From IMG/VR virus record IMGVR_UViG_3300047994_000374, positions 1 to 64,000 of that record: a stretch of 64,000 nt of DNA; one strand, written 5' to 3'. Numbering within the stretch: position 1 is the first letter of the stretch; every line of letters begins with the position of its first letter. Under the pieces are notes generated by a model. The model was given only the letters and a program-made list of their open reading frames with translations, did not search any database and was not told the origin of the DNA. Position numbers and translations under genes: made by a program. This document shows, piece by piece, positions 8,248 to 18,270 of the stretch.

Positions 8248-9201
8248 TTATTCTACTTTGAGGCAATGAGGAGAAAACCATATAACTTCACGACCTTTAT
8301 TTTCTAATCCGGGACTTTCTGTTTTTGATTGATTTGCCATACCGCCGACTGTTTCCCAATTATAAATCGTCCAACCTTCAGGAAACACATAATCATTATC
8401 ATATCCACAAAGGGCAATTCTTAATTTTGGATTATCACCATTCTCAATCGCCCACTTCATAACATCAGAAAATATATCTTCATCTTCTTGATAGAGCTTT
8501 TTTACTCTTCCCTGATGCTCATATGGGGGGTCAAGACAAATTCCAGTGATATCTTTTGAGACTAATCCTTTATTCTTGTAAGTAATGGCAGGCGAAACTA
8601 AATCTTTCCAATCTCTACAACAAATTCTAACTCTCTTTAATCGTTTTTGTAATGTTTCAAACCAAGAAATTGGTGTATGTTTAAGCCCTTGTATGCCTGA
8701 CCCCGCTGAAGATAACATTGGCATGGCCTTTAGCCCTCTTGTTTGGAGCCAGTTACCAGGGATCGATGCACATTGACCGTATATCCACCATCCGCCAAGT
8801 TTTAAATCATAAAAATTAGGGTCATTATTCATTTTGGTTTTAAATTCTGTGGTAAATTGTTCTAAAATCCATTTATGACGAGCGTGTAAATCGACTTCGG
8901 ACACCGGATAGTCACAATATTTTGCCAAACCTTCAGGATCATTCGAAACACATCGCCAAAAATTAACCAAAGCACAATCAATATCATTTACAGTTTCAAT
9001 TTTGGCTGGATGTGGGTTCGCTAAAAGAACCGCCAATGAACCACCAAAAGGCTCTACATAATTGGTTACTTGCCCCAAACCATTAAAAATAATAGATCCG
9101 ACCTTCCGCTTACCACCCCAATATGAGAATGGGGGTAGTAATTTACTATCTTTAGTTGTCATATTTAAGTATATAACCAAGCCAAATGATCTATTTACCA
9201 A
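8248..9201 (-). CDS. Dam-like (D12 class) N6-adenine DNA methyltransferase
   Basis: YWGGK, YVEPFGGS, VNDID, LDPPY; true start probably MTTKDSK. Confidence 0.88.
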   Translation of the reverse strand: MVNRSFGLVIYLNMTTKDSKLLPPFSYWGGKRKVGSIIFNGLGQVTNYVEPFGGSLAVLLANPHPAKIETVNDIDCALVNFWRCVSNDPEGLAKYCDYPVSEVDLHARHKWILEQFTTEFKTKMNNDPNFYDLKLGGWWIYGQCASIPGNWLQTRGLKAMPMLSSAGSGIQGLKHTPISWFETLQKRLKRVRICCRDWKDLVSPAITYKNKGLVSKDITGICLDPPYEHQGRVKKLYQEDEDIFSDVMKWAIENGDNPKLRIALCGYDNDYVFPEGWTIYNWETVGGMANQSKTESPGLENKGREVIWFSPHCLKVE

Positions 9202-10961
9202 GTCTAATCCAAAAAATTAATACATTCGTTCGTTCTGCTATTTTCTCGCATAATTTGATCTCTAAAGGTCAAGGCTATACGATGCCTGATGATCCTGAAG
9301 AGGATGCCCCAGATACCGAACGAGGTGAAGATTTGGGACTTTACAGTAAAATTCTTCAAGCGGGCAATCAAATCGCCGATGAAAACATTCGTACAGAAGT
9401 CCTTTTAATTGCTGATCTCTATAAAAAAGCACTTGAAGTTAATGGCGGATACAATTTCGTCAATAAAGCTATTTCAAACTCGATTAATTTACTTGATGAC
9501 GAAGATGACGACGAACAATCAGCCGTCGAAGATTTGCTCAATGAAGTTTCCAAAGATTTAAGAAACCGTTCGAAGTTAGCAGGCACCGCAACCACTGGCG
9601 ATTCAGCTGCCTCATTAAAAGCGCTACAAGACGCCAAGCGAGACTTTAATAACAAAGAGCTGGCAGAAGAACTTCAAGAGCAACGTGGACCTAACTTACA
9701 TGATGAGAATATCGAGGCTCCACCATTACCTGATGAAAAAATAAAAGACGACCTAACTAAATATGATGAAAAGGCAAAAGGCGTTTTCGATATGTCAGGT
9801 GGAGTCAATCAGGAAGTTGGACAATCAAAGGGCCGTGGGTATCGAACAGATCATAAATCGTTTAAAGATTGGACCGCGAGTTATGAAAACGAGCGACAAC
9901 GCTATTTAGATGAAGCTCGTCAAATCGAAGCAAAATCAGCACAAACGAATGGGCTCCTTGGCAAACATGATAAGCAAGCCCTAGAAAGAATTAAAGAACT
10001 CGTCACCGTATTAGAACGAATGAGAGATTTCACTTTCGTCGCAACTCAACTCGAAAAGAAATTTGCAGAAGCTCCGAGCACAGAAATCACCACTCAATTA
10101 GATGAAATTCGTGATAAAATTAGTGAAATGTCAAAGAAGCGCAATGAACTTAAGGCTAACATTCGTTCTTATGAGCTTCGAAATCAATTAAAGTTTATGG
10201 AAGAAGATTTAGCCACGGTGAAAGACCCACGCGCCAAGTTCCTGCTTCAACAGAAAAAAGAACTTCATGAACTAATGTTGGGTCAAGGAAAGAATAAATC
10301 GGAAGAGTCCAAGCTCCGACGCCAATTAATTGATGCGATGAGTGGCGGAAATGCTCTTACCGGATTAACTTTTTCAACCATGATTCAAAAAATTGAGGAC
10401 GCAAAGAATAGGCGCAAACAAGAAAACGCTGAATTCAAAGAGAAGAACACGACTACTATTCATAATAAACGAGATCAAGAAGGGCGTATTGAGGGCAAAT
10501 TAGATGGACTTGCAATTGCGCTTCAACAGACCATTGCCTCTATTAAAAATGATCTTCGCAAAAAGATCATAAAGAAGCTTTCATCTGATCCAAATGTCCT
10601 TGCCCAATTCGCCCCCTATCTTCAAAAAATCGAAGCTGTTAAAGGAACGCCAGCCGAAAAACAAGCAGATAAAGATTTGAAGTCTGCCCAATCCGCTTAT
10701 GCTGTTGAAGATCCGGACATTAAAAACTTCGTTGCTGAAAGTGCAAGATTATACAAATTCCGAGACACCATTAATCAATTACACATGGTGGGTATGTTGT
10801 ATGAGGAAAATGAATTAGCTCCCGCAGAAAAAGTGGAAATCACAAAGTTATATGATGAGGGTCGTGAGCTATTAGCATATTACGCAACTCGTCCAAAACC
10901 TTTTACTCAATTGCAAAAACCTTTATTTGCCATTGTCGAGCGATTAAAAAAGAAAATATAA
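9186..10961 (+). CDS. large helical/coiled-coil hypothetical protein
   Basis: 591-aa ORF rich in E/K/L/A; true start probably MPDDPEE; opposite strand to the arrays. Confidence 0.75.
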   Translation: MIYLPSLIQKINTFVRSAIFSHNLISKGQGYTMPDDPEEDAPDTERGEDLGLYSKILQAGNQIADENIRTEVLLIADLYKKALEVNGGYNFVNKAISNSINLLDDEDDDEQSAVEDLLNEVSKDLRNRSKLAGTATTGDSAASLKALQDAKRDFNNKELAEELQEQRGPNLHDENIEAPPLPDEKIKDDLTKYDEKAKGVFDMSGGVNQEVGQSKGRGYRTDHKSFKDWTASYENERQRYLDEARQIEAKSAQTNGLLGKHDKQALERIKELVTVLERMRDFTFVATQLEKKFAEAPSTEITTQLDEIRDKISEMSKKRNELKANIRSYELRNQLKFMEEDLATVKDPRAKFLLQQKKELHELMLGQGKNKSEESKLRRQLIDAMSGGNALTGLTFSTMIQKIEDAKNRRKQENAEFKEKNTTTIHNKRDQEGRIEGKLDGLAIALQQTIASIKNDLRKKIIKKLSSDPNVLAQFAPYLQKIEAVKGTPAEKQADKDLKSAQSAYAVEDPDIKNFVAESARLYKFRDTINQLHMVGMLYEENELAPAEKVEITKLYDEGRELLAYYATRPKPFTQLQKPLFAIVERLKKKI

Positions 10962-10970
10962 GGATATAAA

Positions 10971-11135
10971 ATGAACATCACCGAACGTAAAGCAAAAATA
11001 GTAGAGATTATAAAAGAAGCGGAATTGGATATGAACCTTGCTGATATCCAGGGTGATATGGGTTCTGATAATTATGCCGAAAAAGTCTATCATGTATTGC
11101 TTCAAAACTTAGAGATACCAGGTTTCGACGATTGA
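10971..11135 (+). CDS. small hypothetical protein (54 aa, not in track)
   Basis: AGGA 5' of the ATG; MNITERKAK...PGFDD*; stop overlaps the next TTG start. Confidence 0.6.
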   Translation: MNITERKAKIVEIIKEAELDMNLADIQGDMGSDNYAEKVYHVLLQNLEIPGFDD

Positions 11136-11746
11136 TTAAAAGGTGGTTTTGGTCAATTGTTTGCGAGCTATACACATCGCTCGTCTTATTTGGCTACGAC
11201 CTGCCGCCTCCCAAAGCCCTGTTCAATCAGCCTAAAGGACAATCAACAGTTCAATTTGTAGAAACACTTCGCGCCGACTTTACATTTAATTCTGAAGAAC
11301 GAGTTCAAATTCTTCGAGCTATCAAGGACATTGAGCGTTTTACCAATGATTTAATTTTATTTGAGATTGAATTCGATCTTAACCCAAGTGATGAAGAAAC
11401 TATTTACAATCAGTCAGTAATTATCCGCGCGCGTGAAGACCATCCTGCATTGGTTCCTTGGGATAATAAGAGCAAGGGAGTAAGGGCGTTAGGATTATGT
11501 TTTTCTAAAGATAATTATACCAAAAACCTTTATATCGTTCCCAATCGAATTAGTAATAATATTTTGTTTCGCACTACAATGATTCATGAGTTCGGTCATT
11601 TTATAGGACTTGGGCACGAGCCCAAACAATCCATCATGCACGCGGTCAATTACAATACAGTGCTTTACCCTACTTATATTGATGCAGCGGCTTTTGCTAA
11701 ACTTTATAATTGTAGTCCAGAAGAGTTCTGTTACTTCAAATTATAA
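11132..11746 (+). CDS. matrixin-like (metzincin) zinc metalloprotease
   Basis: HEFGHFIGLGH plus Met-turn SIMH; hydrophobic N-terminus. Confidence 0.85.
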   Translation: MIKRWFWSIVCELYTSLVLFGYDLPPPKALFNQPKGQSTVQFVETLRADFTFNSEERVQILRAIKDIERFTNDLILFEIEFDLNPSDEETIYNQSVIIRAREDHPALVPWDNKSKGVRALGLCFSKDNYTKNLYIVPNRISNNILFRTTMIHEFGHFIGLGHEPKQSIMHAVNYNTVLYPTYIDAAAFAKLYNCSPEEFCYFKL

Positions 11747-12121
11747 GAACGCCCGGATATTAATGATTTTTTGAAGATAAACTAATCTATCTTCGAATGG
11801 TGTAAATTTATTTTCGCGAATTATTTCTATATACTTCTTATATTCTTCTCCACCTTCCGTAATCATTTCACCGTTAAACAATTGAACCGCGACATAATTA
11901 TCTATCGCAGTTTCGGGCGTCGATGTGCAAGCTTCAACTAAAAAGTATTTATCATCAAAGAACATGTAATCCTGATAACAAATAACTTGATTAGTTGGCT
12001 GATAAATATAATAATAAAAATCGTTGCATCCAAAATTTAAACATCCGTAATGCATTTCTCCTTCTAAAGTTCCGGCTTCAGACTCAACAATAGGACCGCC
12101 ACAATGATGACATCTATTCAT
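11741..12121 (-). CDS. tail-family protein with N-terminal Cys cluster
   Basis: CHHC/CLNFGC; F.PFED..; ends KIINIRAFL. Confidence 0.72.
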   Translation of the reverse strand: MNRCHHCGGPIVESEAGTLEGEMHYGCLNFGCNDFYYYIYQPTNQVICYQDYMFFDDKYFLVEACTSTPETAIDNYVAVQLFNGEMITEGGEEYKKYIEIIRENKFTPFEDRLVYLQKIINIRAFL

Positions 12122-12465
12122 AGGAAAGCTCGTATTTTATATATTTTATCAACAAATTCACTTGAATTTTCATAAGGAACAAAAATATCTTCACGATATA
12201 TATTCTCATAATTAAGCTGAACGTTAGTCCAATTCGTCTCACTTAATTGAAATGTATCGATTTCTTTATTAGAATAAATTTGTAAATAATCACCATTTTT
12301 ATTAATTGCCCTATGATAATAAATAATTTCTTTCGTGGATTTTAGGCAAATAAATGCAATCTCACAAGTATTACAATCAAATTGTATTTCGTCCCGCATC
12401 GGGCGTGATTCTTTTAACTTACAAAAACAAGATTGACAAGTTTCCAATTCATCTGAAAAAATCAT
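12118..12465 (-). CDS. tail-family protein with N-terminal C4 ribbon
   Basis: CQSC/CNTC; FVPYEN..; ends KIYKIRAFL. Confidence 0.72.
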   Translation of the reverse strand: MIFSDELETCQSCFCKLKESRPMRDEIQFDCNTCEIAFICLKSTKEIIYYHRAINKNGDYLQIYSNKEIDTFQLSETNWTNVQLNYENIYREDIFVPYENSSEFVDKIYKIRAFL

Positions 12466-12466
12466 A

Positions 12467-13396
12467 TTAATATTTTAAACAATCAAAAGTGGAAACAAAT
12501 TTCTTCCAGTTATCTTCATTAGTAATTGAATTAAACTTCATTCGTTCAAATTCTTCTTTGAGGGCAGGAAAGTTTGTTTCGCCATCCTTCATTTCAATTT
12601 CTTCGGTTGGAACACTTTTAAATTCAACGAGCTGCCGATTGATATTAAAATTAGCTCTTGATTCTTCATTTTCCAAGAAGTTTTTAAGCAATTGCGGTTC
12701 CGCACACATCTCTTTAGCTTTTTTATCGGAGACCAATCGCTTAATACCATCCGACTTATCTCCCACTAAAGTTCGATATAGAGTGAAATGGTATTCAGGA
12801 GCAATGCGATCTTCCTTTTTAATTGGATTAAAGACGCGAATGTTCTTATAGCCTCTTTGGAGCAACTGGGTGTAGTCTGCGTCGTTTGAGATGACAGTTA
12901 GGTCTTCATCCTTCATGTTCTCACAAAGCGTTCCTATGGTATCGTCGCACTCATATTTAGCCGCTCGGACAACAGTGATGGGGAGATATTGAAGGAGATT
13001 GGTGATTTGATTAGCTTGGTCAATTACTCTGTCATAAGTGTCTTGCTTGGAGGATCGCTTAATAAGACGATCAGCTTTATATTCGGGAAAAAGATCATAA
13101 CGAAACTGTGGATGACCCTCAAGCGCGAAAAATGCCTTAACTGGTTGGAAGTTTTCGATATTAACCCGAAGACTACGAAAGAATGAATAGATGATATTGT
13201 ATTTATCACCATAACAAAATACTTCCTCTTCGTTCCAAGCCGCACCACATTGACAGTGAATGTCTCTATGAGCTGGATGTTTATCAGTATGATGTGAATT
13301 TTCTATATCACAATGTGCATGAGGAATTTTCGGACCAAATTGAACATTGGCTCGATGAATTTGGTTCATTGCATCGATTAATAATATTTTATCCAT
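12467..13396 (-). CDS. 5'-3' exonuclease / T4 RNase H-like flap endonuclease
   Basis: LLIDAMN, YKADR, ECDDTIG, SNDADY, LVGDKSDGI; His/Cys-rich insert near the N-terminus. Confidence 0.9.
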   Translation of the reverse strand: MDKILLIDAMNQIHRANVQFGPKIPHAHCDIENSHHTDKHPAHRDIHCQCGAAWNEEEVFCYGDKYNIIYSFFRSLRVNIENFQPVKAFFALEGHPQFRYDLFPEYKADRLIKRSSKQDTYDRVIDQANQITNLLQYLPITVVRAAKYECDDTIGTLCENMKDEDLTVISNDADYTQLLQRGYKNIRVFNPIKKEDRIAPEYHFTLYRTLVGDKSDGIKRLVSDKKAKEMCAEPQLLKNFLENEESRANFNINRQLVEFKSVPTEEIEMKDGETNFPALKEEFERMKFNSITNEDNWKKFVSTFDCLKY

Positions 13397-13623
13397 TAGA
13401 GAAACGCCATAACTTTCTTTAAGTGAAAAAAACCATGTTCCATAATTTCACTGCAATCACCACGATCAAAATATTTTACAAATGTTGCTCCACAAATAAA
13501 ATATTCAACGTGGTTCAAAAGTATTTCTCCCCAAACCTCCAAGTCATTATTTAACTTAGCTTTTCTTGCCATGATGACCAATACATCTACTTCTTGTTTG
13601 GATAGCTCTATTATGTAGTTCAT
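13396..13623 (-). CDS. tail-family protein, H-x3-HL subfamily
   Basis: CFIC-like (YFICG)...EHGFFHL; ends KKVMAFL. Confidence 0.7.
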   Translation of the reverse strand: MNYIIELSKQEVDVLVIMARKAKLNNDLEVWGEILLNHVEYFICGATFVKYFDRGDCSEIMEHGFFHLKKVMAFL

Positions 13624-13904
13624 ATAAATCCAGCCAATCCATTTTCATTTAAATGTTTCATTCCATGATAATAAACACCAGTATAAACATCATTGTAATC
13701 TTCTACAATGGATTGATTGCAAATAAAACAATCAATTTGAGTAATCACTCTATTAAGTTTATAGTCTGTTTCCGCTGATGCAAAACAAAAAGTATTTATC
13801 CACAGATTTTTTGGAAAATACCTACCTTTTACCTTACAAGATCTCATGGCTAATAGATATAAAATCTTACATTCTTCATCCGCTAATTTCATTCTTTCGC
13901 TCAT
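13620..13904 (-). CDS. tail-family protein, H-x3-HL subfamily
   Basis: CFIC...YHGMKHL; ends GLAGFI. Confidence 0.72.
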   Translation of the reverse strand: MSERMKLADEECKILYLLAMRSCKVKGRYFPKNLWINTFCFASAETDYKLNRVITQIDCFICNQSIVEDYNDVYTGVYYHGMKHLNENGLAGFI

Positions 13905-14218
13905 AAGAAGCCCATTAATTTAGATTCTTCAAGATGATTTTTGGCATGCTTTTTTATAACCATATAACCATGAGATGATAACGACCCGCCCATGTCACCA
14001 CCCCCAATTACATGGACTACTGTAAAATTATCTTCAGTAATTTGATTATTACAAATTCGACATTTTACAGAAAATAATCCAAATCTTTCAAACCAATATT
14101 TGACTTTTGAATGTTGATTTCGTTTGCGCCTCTCACGATTAGCAAGGAGGACTAAAAATTTATTAGAATCAGGCATATTAAAATCAGATCCTTGATAAAC
14201 TTTAAACATGTTCTTCAT
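13901..14218 (-). CDS. tail-family protein, H-x3-HL subfamily
   Basis: CRIC...KHAKNHL; ends KLMGFL. Confidence 0.72.
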   Translation of the reverse strand: MKNMFKVYQGSDFNMPDSNKFLVLLANRERRKRNQHSKVKYWFERFGLFSVKCRICNNQITEDNFTVVHVIGGGDMGGSLSSHGYMVIKKHAKNHLEESKLMGFL

Positions 14219-14265
14219 ATGAATGCCGCAAAACTACATTTTTCAAGATGTGTTTTCCCATGTTC

Positions 14266-15536
14266 GTGAATCACTCTGCCCTTAAGGGCGGAGCTTCTGA
14301 AACAACTTTTAAAGTTGTCGCAAGGCTTATACCAAACCGTTTAATATTTATAGCTGCATTTTGATCTCGATTGATTGTCAATCCACAAGATTGACAATCA
14401 TATATCCTATCCTTTAAAGATAAGTCTTTCTTGATCATTTTGCAACTGGAACACATCTTGGATGTGTTCCTTGGATCAACCTCTATAACAGAAACACCAG
14501 CTCTTTCAGCCTTGTATTTCATGAGGGAAACAAAGTTTCCCCAAGAAGCATCTGTAATGTTACTCTTTGATACCTTGAAGCCTTTGGCTTCCAGCATGGT
14601 CGAAATGTTTAACTTCTCTACATATACGGTATCGTTCTCCTTAACGAATTGATTGGCAATTTTATGTTGCCAATCATTTCGAATATCTGAAACTTTTTGA
14701 TGAGCTTTCTGCAACATGGAAAGTACTCTTCTTCTATTCTTGGAACCTTTCTGCTTTGCAGAAAGCTTCTTATTAAGAAATGCTAACTTTTCTTTGGCAG
14801 TTTTATAAGGTTTAGGATGATGGAATGATATTCCATCATCGGTTGTTATAAAGCTATTTATTCCAAGGTCAATGCCGGTTGTCTTTCCTGTTTTACTTTG
14901 CGCTAGCATAGGCACCTCATCGCAAAATGCGATGAGATAATACTTATCGCCTTCTCTTTTAATCGATACCGTCTTGCATCGTCCTTTAATCGGACGATGC
15001 AGAACAATGGAAACTTCACCAGGCAGTCCATAAACTTTAAGCTTCTTATTTGGAAGAAGTTTAACTCCTCCAGTAACTAAATCACATTGAGGAAACTTTA
15101 TGCTTTTGAACTTTGAGATTGGCTTATATCTGGGGAAACCCGGCGTTAAGCCTGACTGCTTTACTCTACGGAAAAAACCTTGAAATGCAACATCCAAAGT
15201 CTTCAATATGAATTGAAGACTTTGAGAATAGATTGAGTTCGTTTCTTCTTCAAAAAGCGCTTTGATATCAGGAAGTTGTTTTGCCTGATCGTTATAAGAA
15301 ACACCCTTATTATACTTTTTATAATGAGAAATTCTTTCTTGAAGAGCCGCATTATAAAGACCATTACAGAACGAGAATGTTTTAAACAACGCTTCGCGTT
15401 GTTTAACATTAGGGTATATTCGGTATTTATAGGAAAGTTTCATTTGTTATGGTTCAATATATCAGGGTTAAATATAATTTTTATTTAGTTGCCCATTCAA
15501 CCCCGCCTAAAGGCGGAGGTTTTCTGCTATCGAAGG
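14266..15536 (-). mobile_element. non-autonomous IS200/IS605-family element 2 (tnpB only), 1271 bp
   Basis: Inserted 3' of TTAT with no duplication; left-end hairpin 15501-15519; right-end hairpin 14274-14293 ending TTCAC. Confidence 0.9.
14271..15443 (-). CDS. tnpB: TnpB RNA-guided endonuclease
   Basis: RuvC D (GIDLG), E (YVEKL), D (RDQNAAINI); Zn finger; C-terminus SEAPPLRAE overlaps the right-end hairpin. Confidence 0.95.
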   Translation of the reverse strand: MKLSYKYRIYPNVKQREALFKTFSFCNGLYNAALQERISHYKKYNKGVSYNDQAKQLPDIKALFEEETNSIYSQSLQFILKTLDVAFQGFFRRVKQSGLTPGFPRYKPISKFKSIKFPQCDLVTGGVKLLPNKKLKVYGLPGEVSIVLHRPIKGRCKTVSIKREGDKYYLIAFCDEVPMLAQSKTGKTTGIDLGINSFITTDDGISFHHPKPYKTAKEKLAFLNKKLSAKQKGSKNRRRVLSMLQKAHQKVSDIRNDWQHKIANQFVKENDTVYVEKLNISTMLEAKGFKVSKSNITDASWGNFVSLMKYKAERAGVSVIEVDPRNTSKMCSSCKMIKKDLSLKDRIYDCQSCGLTINRDQNAAINIKRFGISLATTLKVVSEAPPLRAE

Positions 15537-15742
15537 ATAAATTTTTTCATAGGTAGCTTTAGAAATTTGTTTTATCCTGGCACCATCCGTAATATTCTGA
15601 TTGCAAATTCTACAACGAAAATAAGCATTTGCCCAAGTGATACGACGATAGAACCATTTTTTAATGGGCGATCCTTTGCGCTGTCGCTTTCGTTCTCTTC
15701 GAGCCAACTCTAAAAGAATATCATGTTCTTCGGAAGATAAAA

Positions 15743-16015
15743 TCATAGGAATGCAGCGATGTTTTTTAAATGTATGTCGCCATGTTCATAACCACGCTCG
15801 TTCCAATATTCGGGTTCAAATACTTGGTCGCAAATAAAGCATCTTGCTTGATAGTTGGATCCAGTCGAATCGGTCAATTCGTATTGCCACCAGGTTTCAA
15901 ACTCAAATATACTACCCGTTCGTTTTTTAAACTCTCTTTTTGTAATTTGAATCAAGTATTTTTGATTTTCAATATGATTCATTTTATCTCGATCGAACGT
16001 GCCATATCTGAACAA
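15743..16015 (-). CDS. tail-family protein, H-x3-HL subfamily
   Basis: CFIC...EHGDIHL; ends KNIAAFL; true start probably MNHIENQ. Confidence 0.7.
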   Translation of the reverse strand: MFRYGTFDRDKMNHIENQKYLIQITKREFKKRTGSIFEFETWWQYELTDSTGSNYQARCFICDQVFEPEYWNERGYEHGDIHLKNIAAFL

Positions 16016-16590
16016 AAATCTAATTCTTGTTTAATCAATGCTGGATCACTTGCTCCGCCACAAGAAAATCCATATCCATAACCATTCTTCTTAATAGTCC
16101 AGATATACATATTTTTACCAGCAAGTTCAACGGTAATTAAAATAGCATTCAAATCGTTTAATCGAATGTCTGTGATTGTAGGGTTTTCAATTCCAAAGTT
16201 CTTTAAAACTTCCGTCATAGAAAGAACATAATCCATTAAAGATAAGTCTGTCTGGTTTTTGATAAACATGACCAGACATTCTTTTTCGTCATTTGAATAG
16301 ACGGCTTTGATACCATCATTCGCAGGTTGTTGTTTTTGCCACCCAGTTCCGCTTAAAAGGAGTTTCCAATTATCCCCCACTACATCATTCGGGTTTGCCT
16401 TTGGAAGCGCCTGGACTTGATTTGGGGGTGGTAAAATGGTTTCCTTGGGAGGACTTGCATTTGCACACCCAACCAATAAAGCCAATCCAAATAACAGGAT
16501 ATTACTCTTCATCGTGCTCATCGTCACTATCGCCTGTTTCAAGCCCTTTAATGAAGTTTCTAATTCTACCATATAAGAAAATATAAACAT
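15979..16590 (-). CDS. putative lipoprotein
   Basis: Internal start MKSNILLFGLALLVGC (lipobox) followed by a Pro-rich linker. Confidence 0.65.
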   Translation of the reverse strand: MFIFSYMVELETSLKGLKQAIVTMSTMKSNILLFGLALLVGCANASPPKETILPPPNQVQALPKANPNDVVGDNWKLLLSGTGWQKQQPANDGIKAVYSNDEKECLVMFIKNQTDLSLMDYVLSMTEVLKNFGIENPTITDIRLNDLNAILITVELAGKNMYIWTIKKNGYGYGFSCGGASDPALIKQELDFCSDMARSIEIK

Positions 16591-16759
16591 TTACCAAAAT
16601 TGCAACAACTACTGAAATCACCAAGGCACCATAGTTGTTATAGCCGAATGCCAATAACTGAAGCATGACCATACCACCAACTGTCGTGGCAATAAATACA
16701 TTCACCAATACCGTCATCAAAATCAACGGTATTGCCATCAGTAGTTTGCCAAGTTTCAA
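16502..16759 (-). CDS. small membrane protein
   Basis: 2-3 hydrophobic segments and an acidic C-terminus. Confidence 0.6.
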   Translation of the reverse strand: MKLGKLLMAIPLILMTVLVNVFIATTVGGMVMLQLLAFGYNNYGALVISVVVAILVNVYIFLYGRIRNFIKGLETGDSDDEHDEE

Positions 16760-17031
16760 TTGGAACCTGAACCCTTAACATTCTTAAGTTCTTTAAGAAT
16801 ATCCTGCATGCTGTCCAATTTCGGGGGAAGCTTACCAACCGTAGCTGCATTAATATCACCAATCAAAAGGGCAGCCTCAATAGTAATGCCTGAGGCTAAT
16901 CCTGATGCTTTTGACATTTCAACTGCGTATTCTTGTTTATCGGCAACCACCTTTTCTGCCAATGATAATGACGCTTCGAGTTCAGATACATAACGCTTCA
17001 ATAGGGTCAAATCAACTGATGTCTTGCTCAT
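16756..17031 (-). CDS. hypothetical helical protein
   Basis: ORF track; coupled to the next gene. Confidence 0.6.
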   Translation of the reverse strand: MSKTSVDLTLLKRYVSELEASLSLAEKVVADKQEYAVEMSKASGLASGITIEAALLIGDINAATVGKLPPKLDSMQDILKELKNVKGSGSN

Positions 17032-17054
17032 AATATATAATCTTTCTATTTTGT

Positions 17055-17645
17055 TTAGTTAGTAAAATGACAACGATCACAATCTATAATTTTAAATTGT
17101 CCAGCTTTATCTTTCATAATGTTTCTTGGATGTAAATCTAACTGAACGACATGGCTGTTTTTTAAATTTTCAACAAAGAATTTAACCGCAGATACATCGA
17201 AGTCAAGTCCTTTTTTCATTCCATCAAGCATTTCTTCAATTTGATTGCTTGAATAATTCTTCATTTTATTTGCATCTTCATGAGATAACAGCGAATGAAA
17301 TACCTTCTCTTCATCATCTGATATAGGAAACAATCTTTCCATCATATGATAATGGAGAGCGTAATATTTTGTGGCTGTTGCATACGATCCTAAAAATCCA
17401 TAACCATCTACTCGAACAAAAGCGCCCATATTTTCATTACGGATCGAAGAGAGGGTTCGAGTCACTTTGCGATAAGCATTTTTAACATCGCTTTCACTTT
17501 CGCCATAGATAACCGAAAGCTTAATGACTTTATTTGGCTCATTCTTGATGATAAAAACTTGCCCATCTGCCCCTTGACCTATTTGTTCGCCAAGAATAAC
17601 CGGCACCTCTTCGTTGTGCTTTTGAATAAGCGTCAAGACATTCAT
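17055..17645 (-). CDS. protein kinase-like protein
   Basis: IGQGADGQVF, VIK, DLHPRNIM, KIIDCD. Confidence 0.8.
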   Translation of the reverse strand: MNVLTLIQKHNEEVPVILGEQIGQGADGQVFIIKNEPNKVIKLSVIYGESESDVKNAYRKVTRTLSSIRNENMGAFVRVDGYGFLGSYATATKYYALHYHMMERLFPISDDEEKVFHSLLSHEDANKMKNYSSNQIEEMLDGMKKGLDFDVSAVKFFVENLKNSHVVQLDLHPRNIMKDKAGQFKIIDCDRCHFTN

Positions 17646-17649
17646 ATGA

Positions 17650-18163
17650 TTACTTGGCGTCGGAAACTGATTTAACCGATACTACGCCATCATCATTCAC
17701 AACGGTAGTATTTGTTTCAACCGCTTTGTCTTCAACTTCTACATCTTTAACAGCTTCAATGACCACAACGCCATTTTCGACCACTACACTTGTAGTTTTT
17801 TCAGACTTAACTTTGTTCTTATTTGTCGCATCACTTACTTTTTTAATAGCCTTTGGTGCTGACTTCTTTGCTTTTTTTACCATGATATCTTTCCTTATTT
17901 GTTTATGTTGCTTCTGAGATAACGCCATTGTCTATTAATATTTGACGCATTTCTTCATCGTTTAAATTAATGTTATGAAATTGCTCGTAAAAAATAATTG
18001 CGGTTGATAATCCAAGCGGCTCATCTCCGATATGGTTATATATACCGCTATATTCTACAATTGTATATCGATTTCCCTCGATCTTTTCGGAAAACAAATT
18101 AATACGCTCCCCACAAATCAAGAAAGATAAATAATTTTTATAGACTACTTCAGGCGTTTCCAT
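17650..18163 (-). other. two hypothetical ORFs (17650-17928, 17903-18163)
   Basis: ORF track; the first is K/V-rich and low complexity. Confidence 0.5.
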
Positions 18164-18270
18164 TGATTTTTTACTTTCTTTTTGAGAGCAGAATATTTTT
18201 CGACCATATAAACGGAGCTAATAAAAGAATAAATAATTGTTTTGTTAATTAGTTTTAATAACATGTGTTT

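Larger units (their letters stand above)
14215..15746 (-). pseudogene. tail-family gene split by IS element 2
   Basis: 15746-15537 (70 aa ending EKIY) joined to 14265-14215 (EHGKTHLEKCSFAAFI*) gives an 86-aa paralog of the neighbours. Confidence 0.85.

Noticed and set aside
3362-15536. IStrons (self-splicing IS) that would rescue the split genes
   Set aside because: Only about 85-95 bp lie between each left end and tnpB, leaving no room for a group I intron core.
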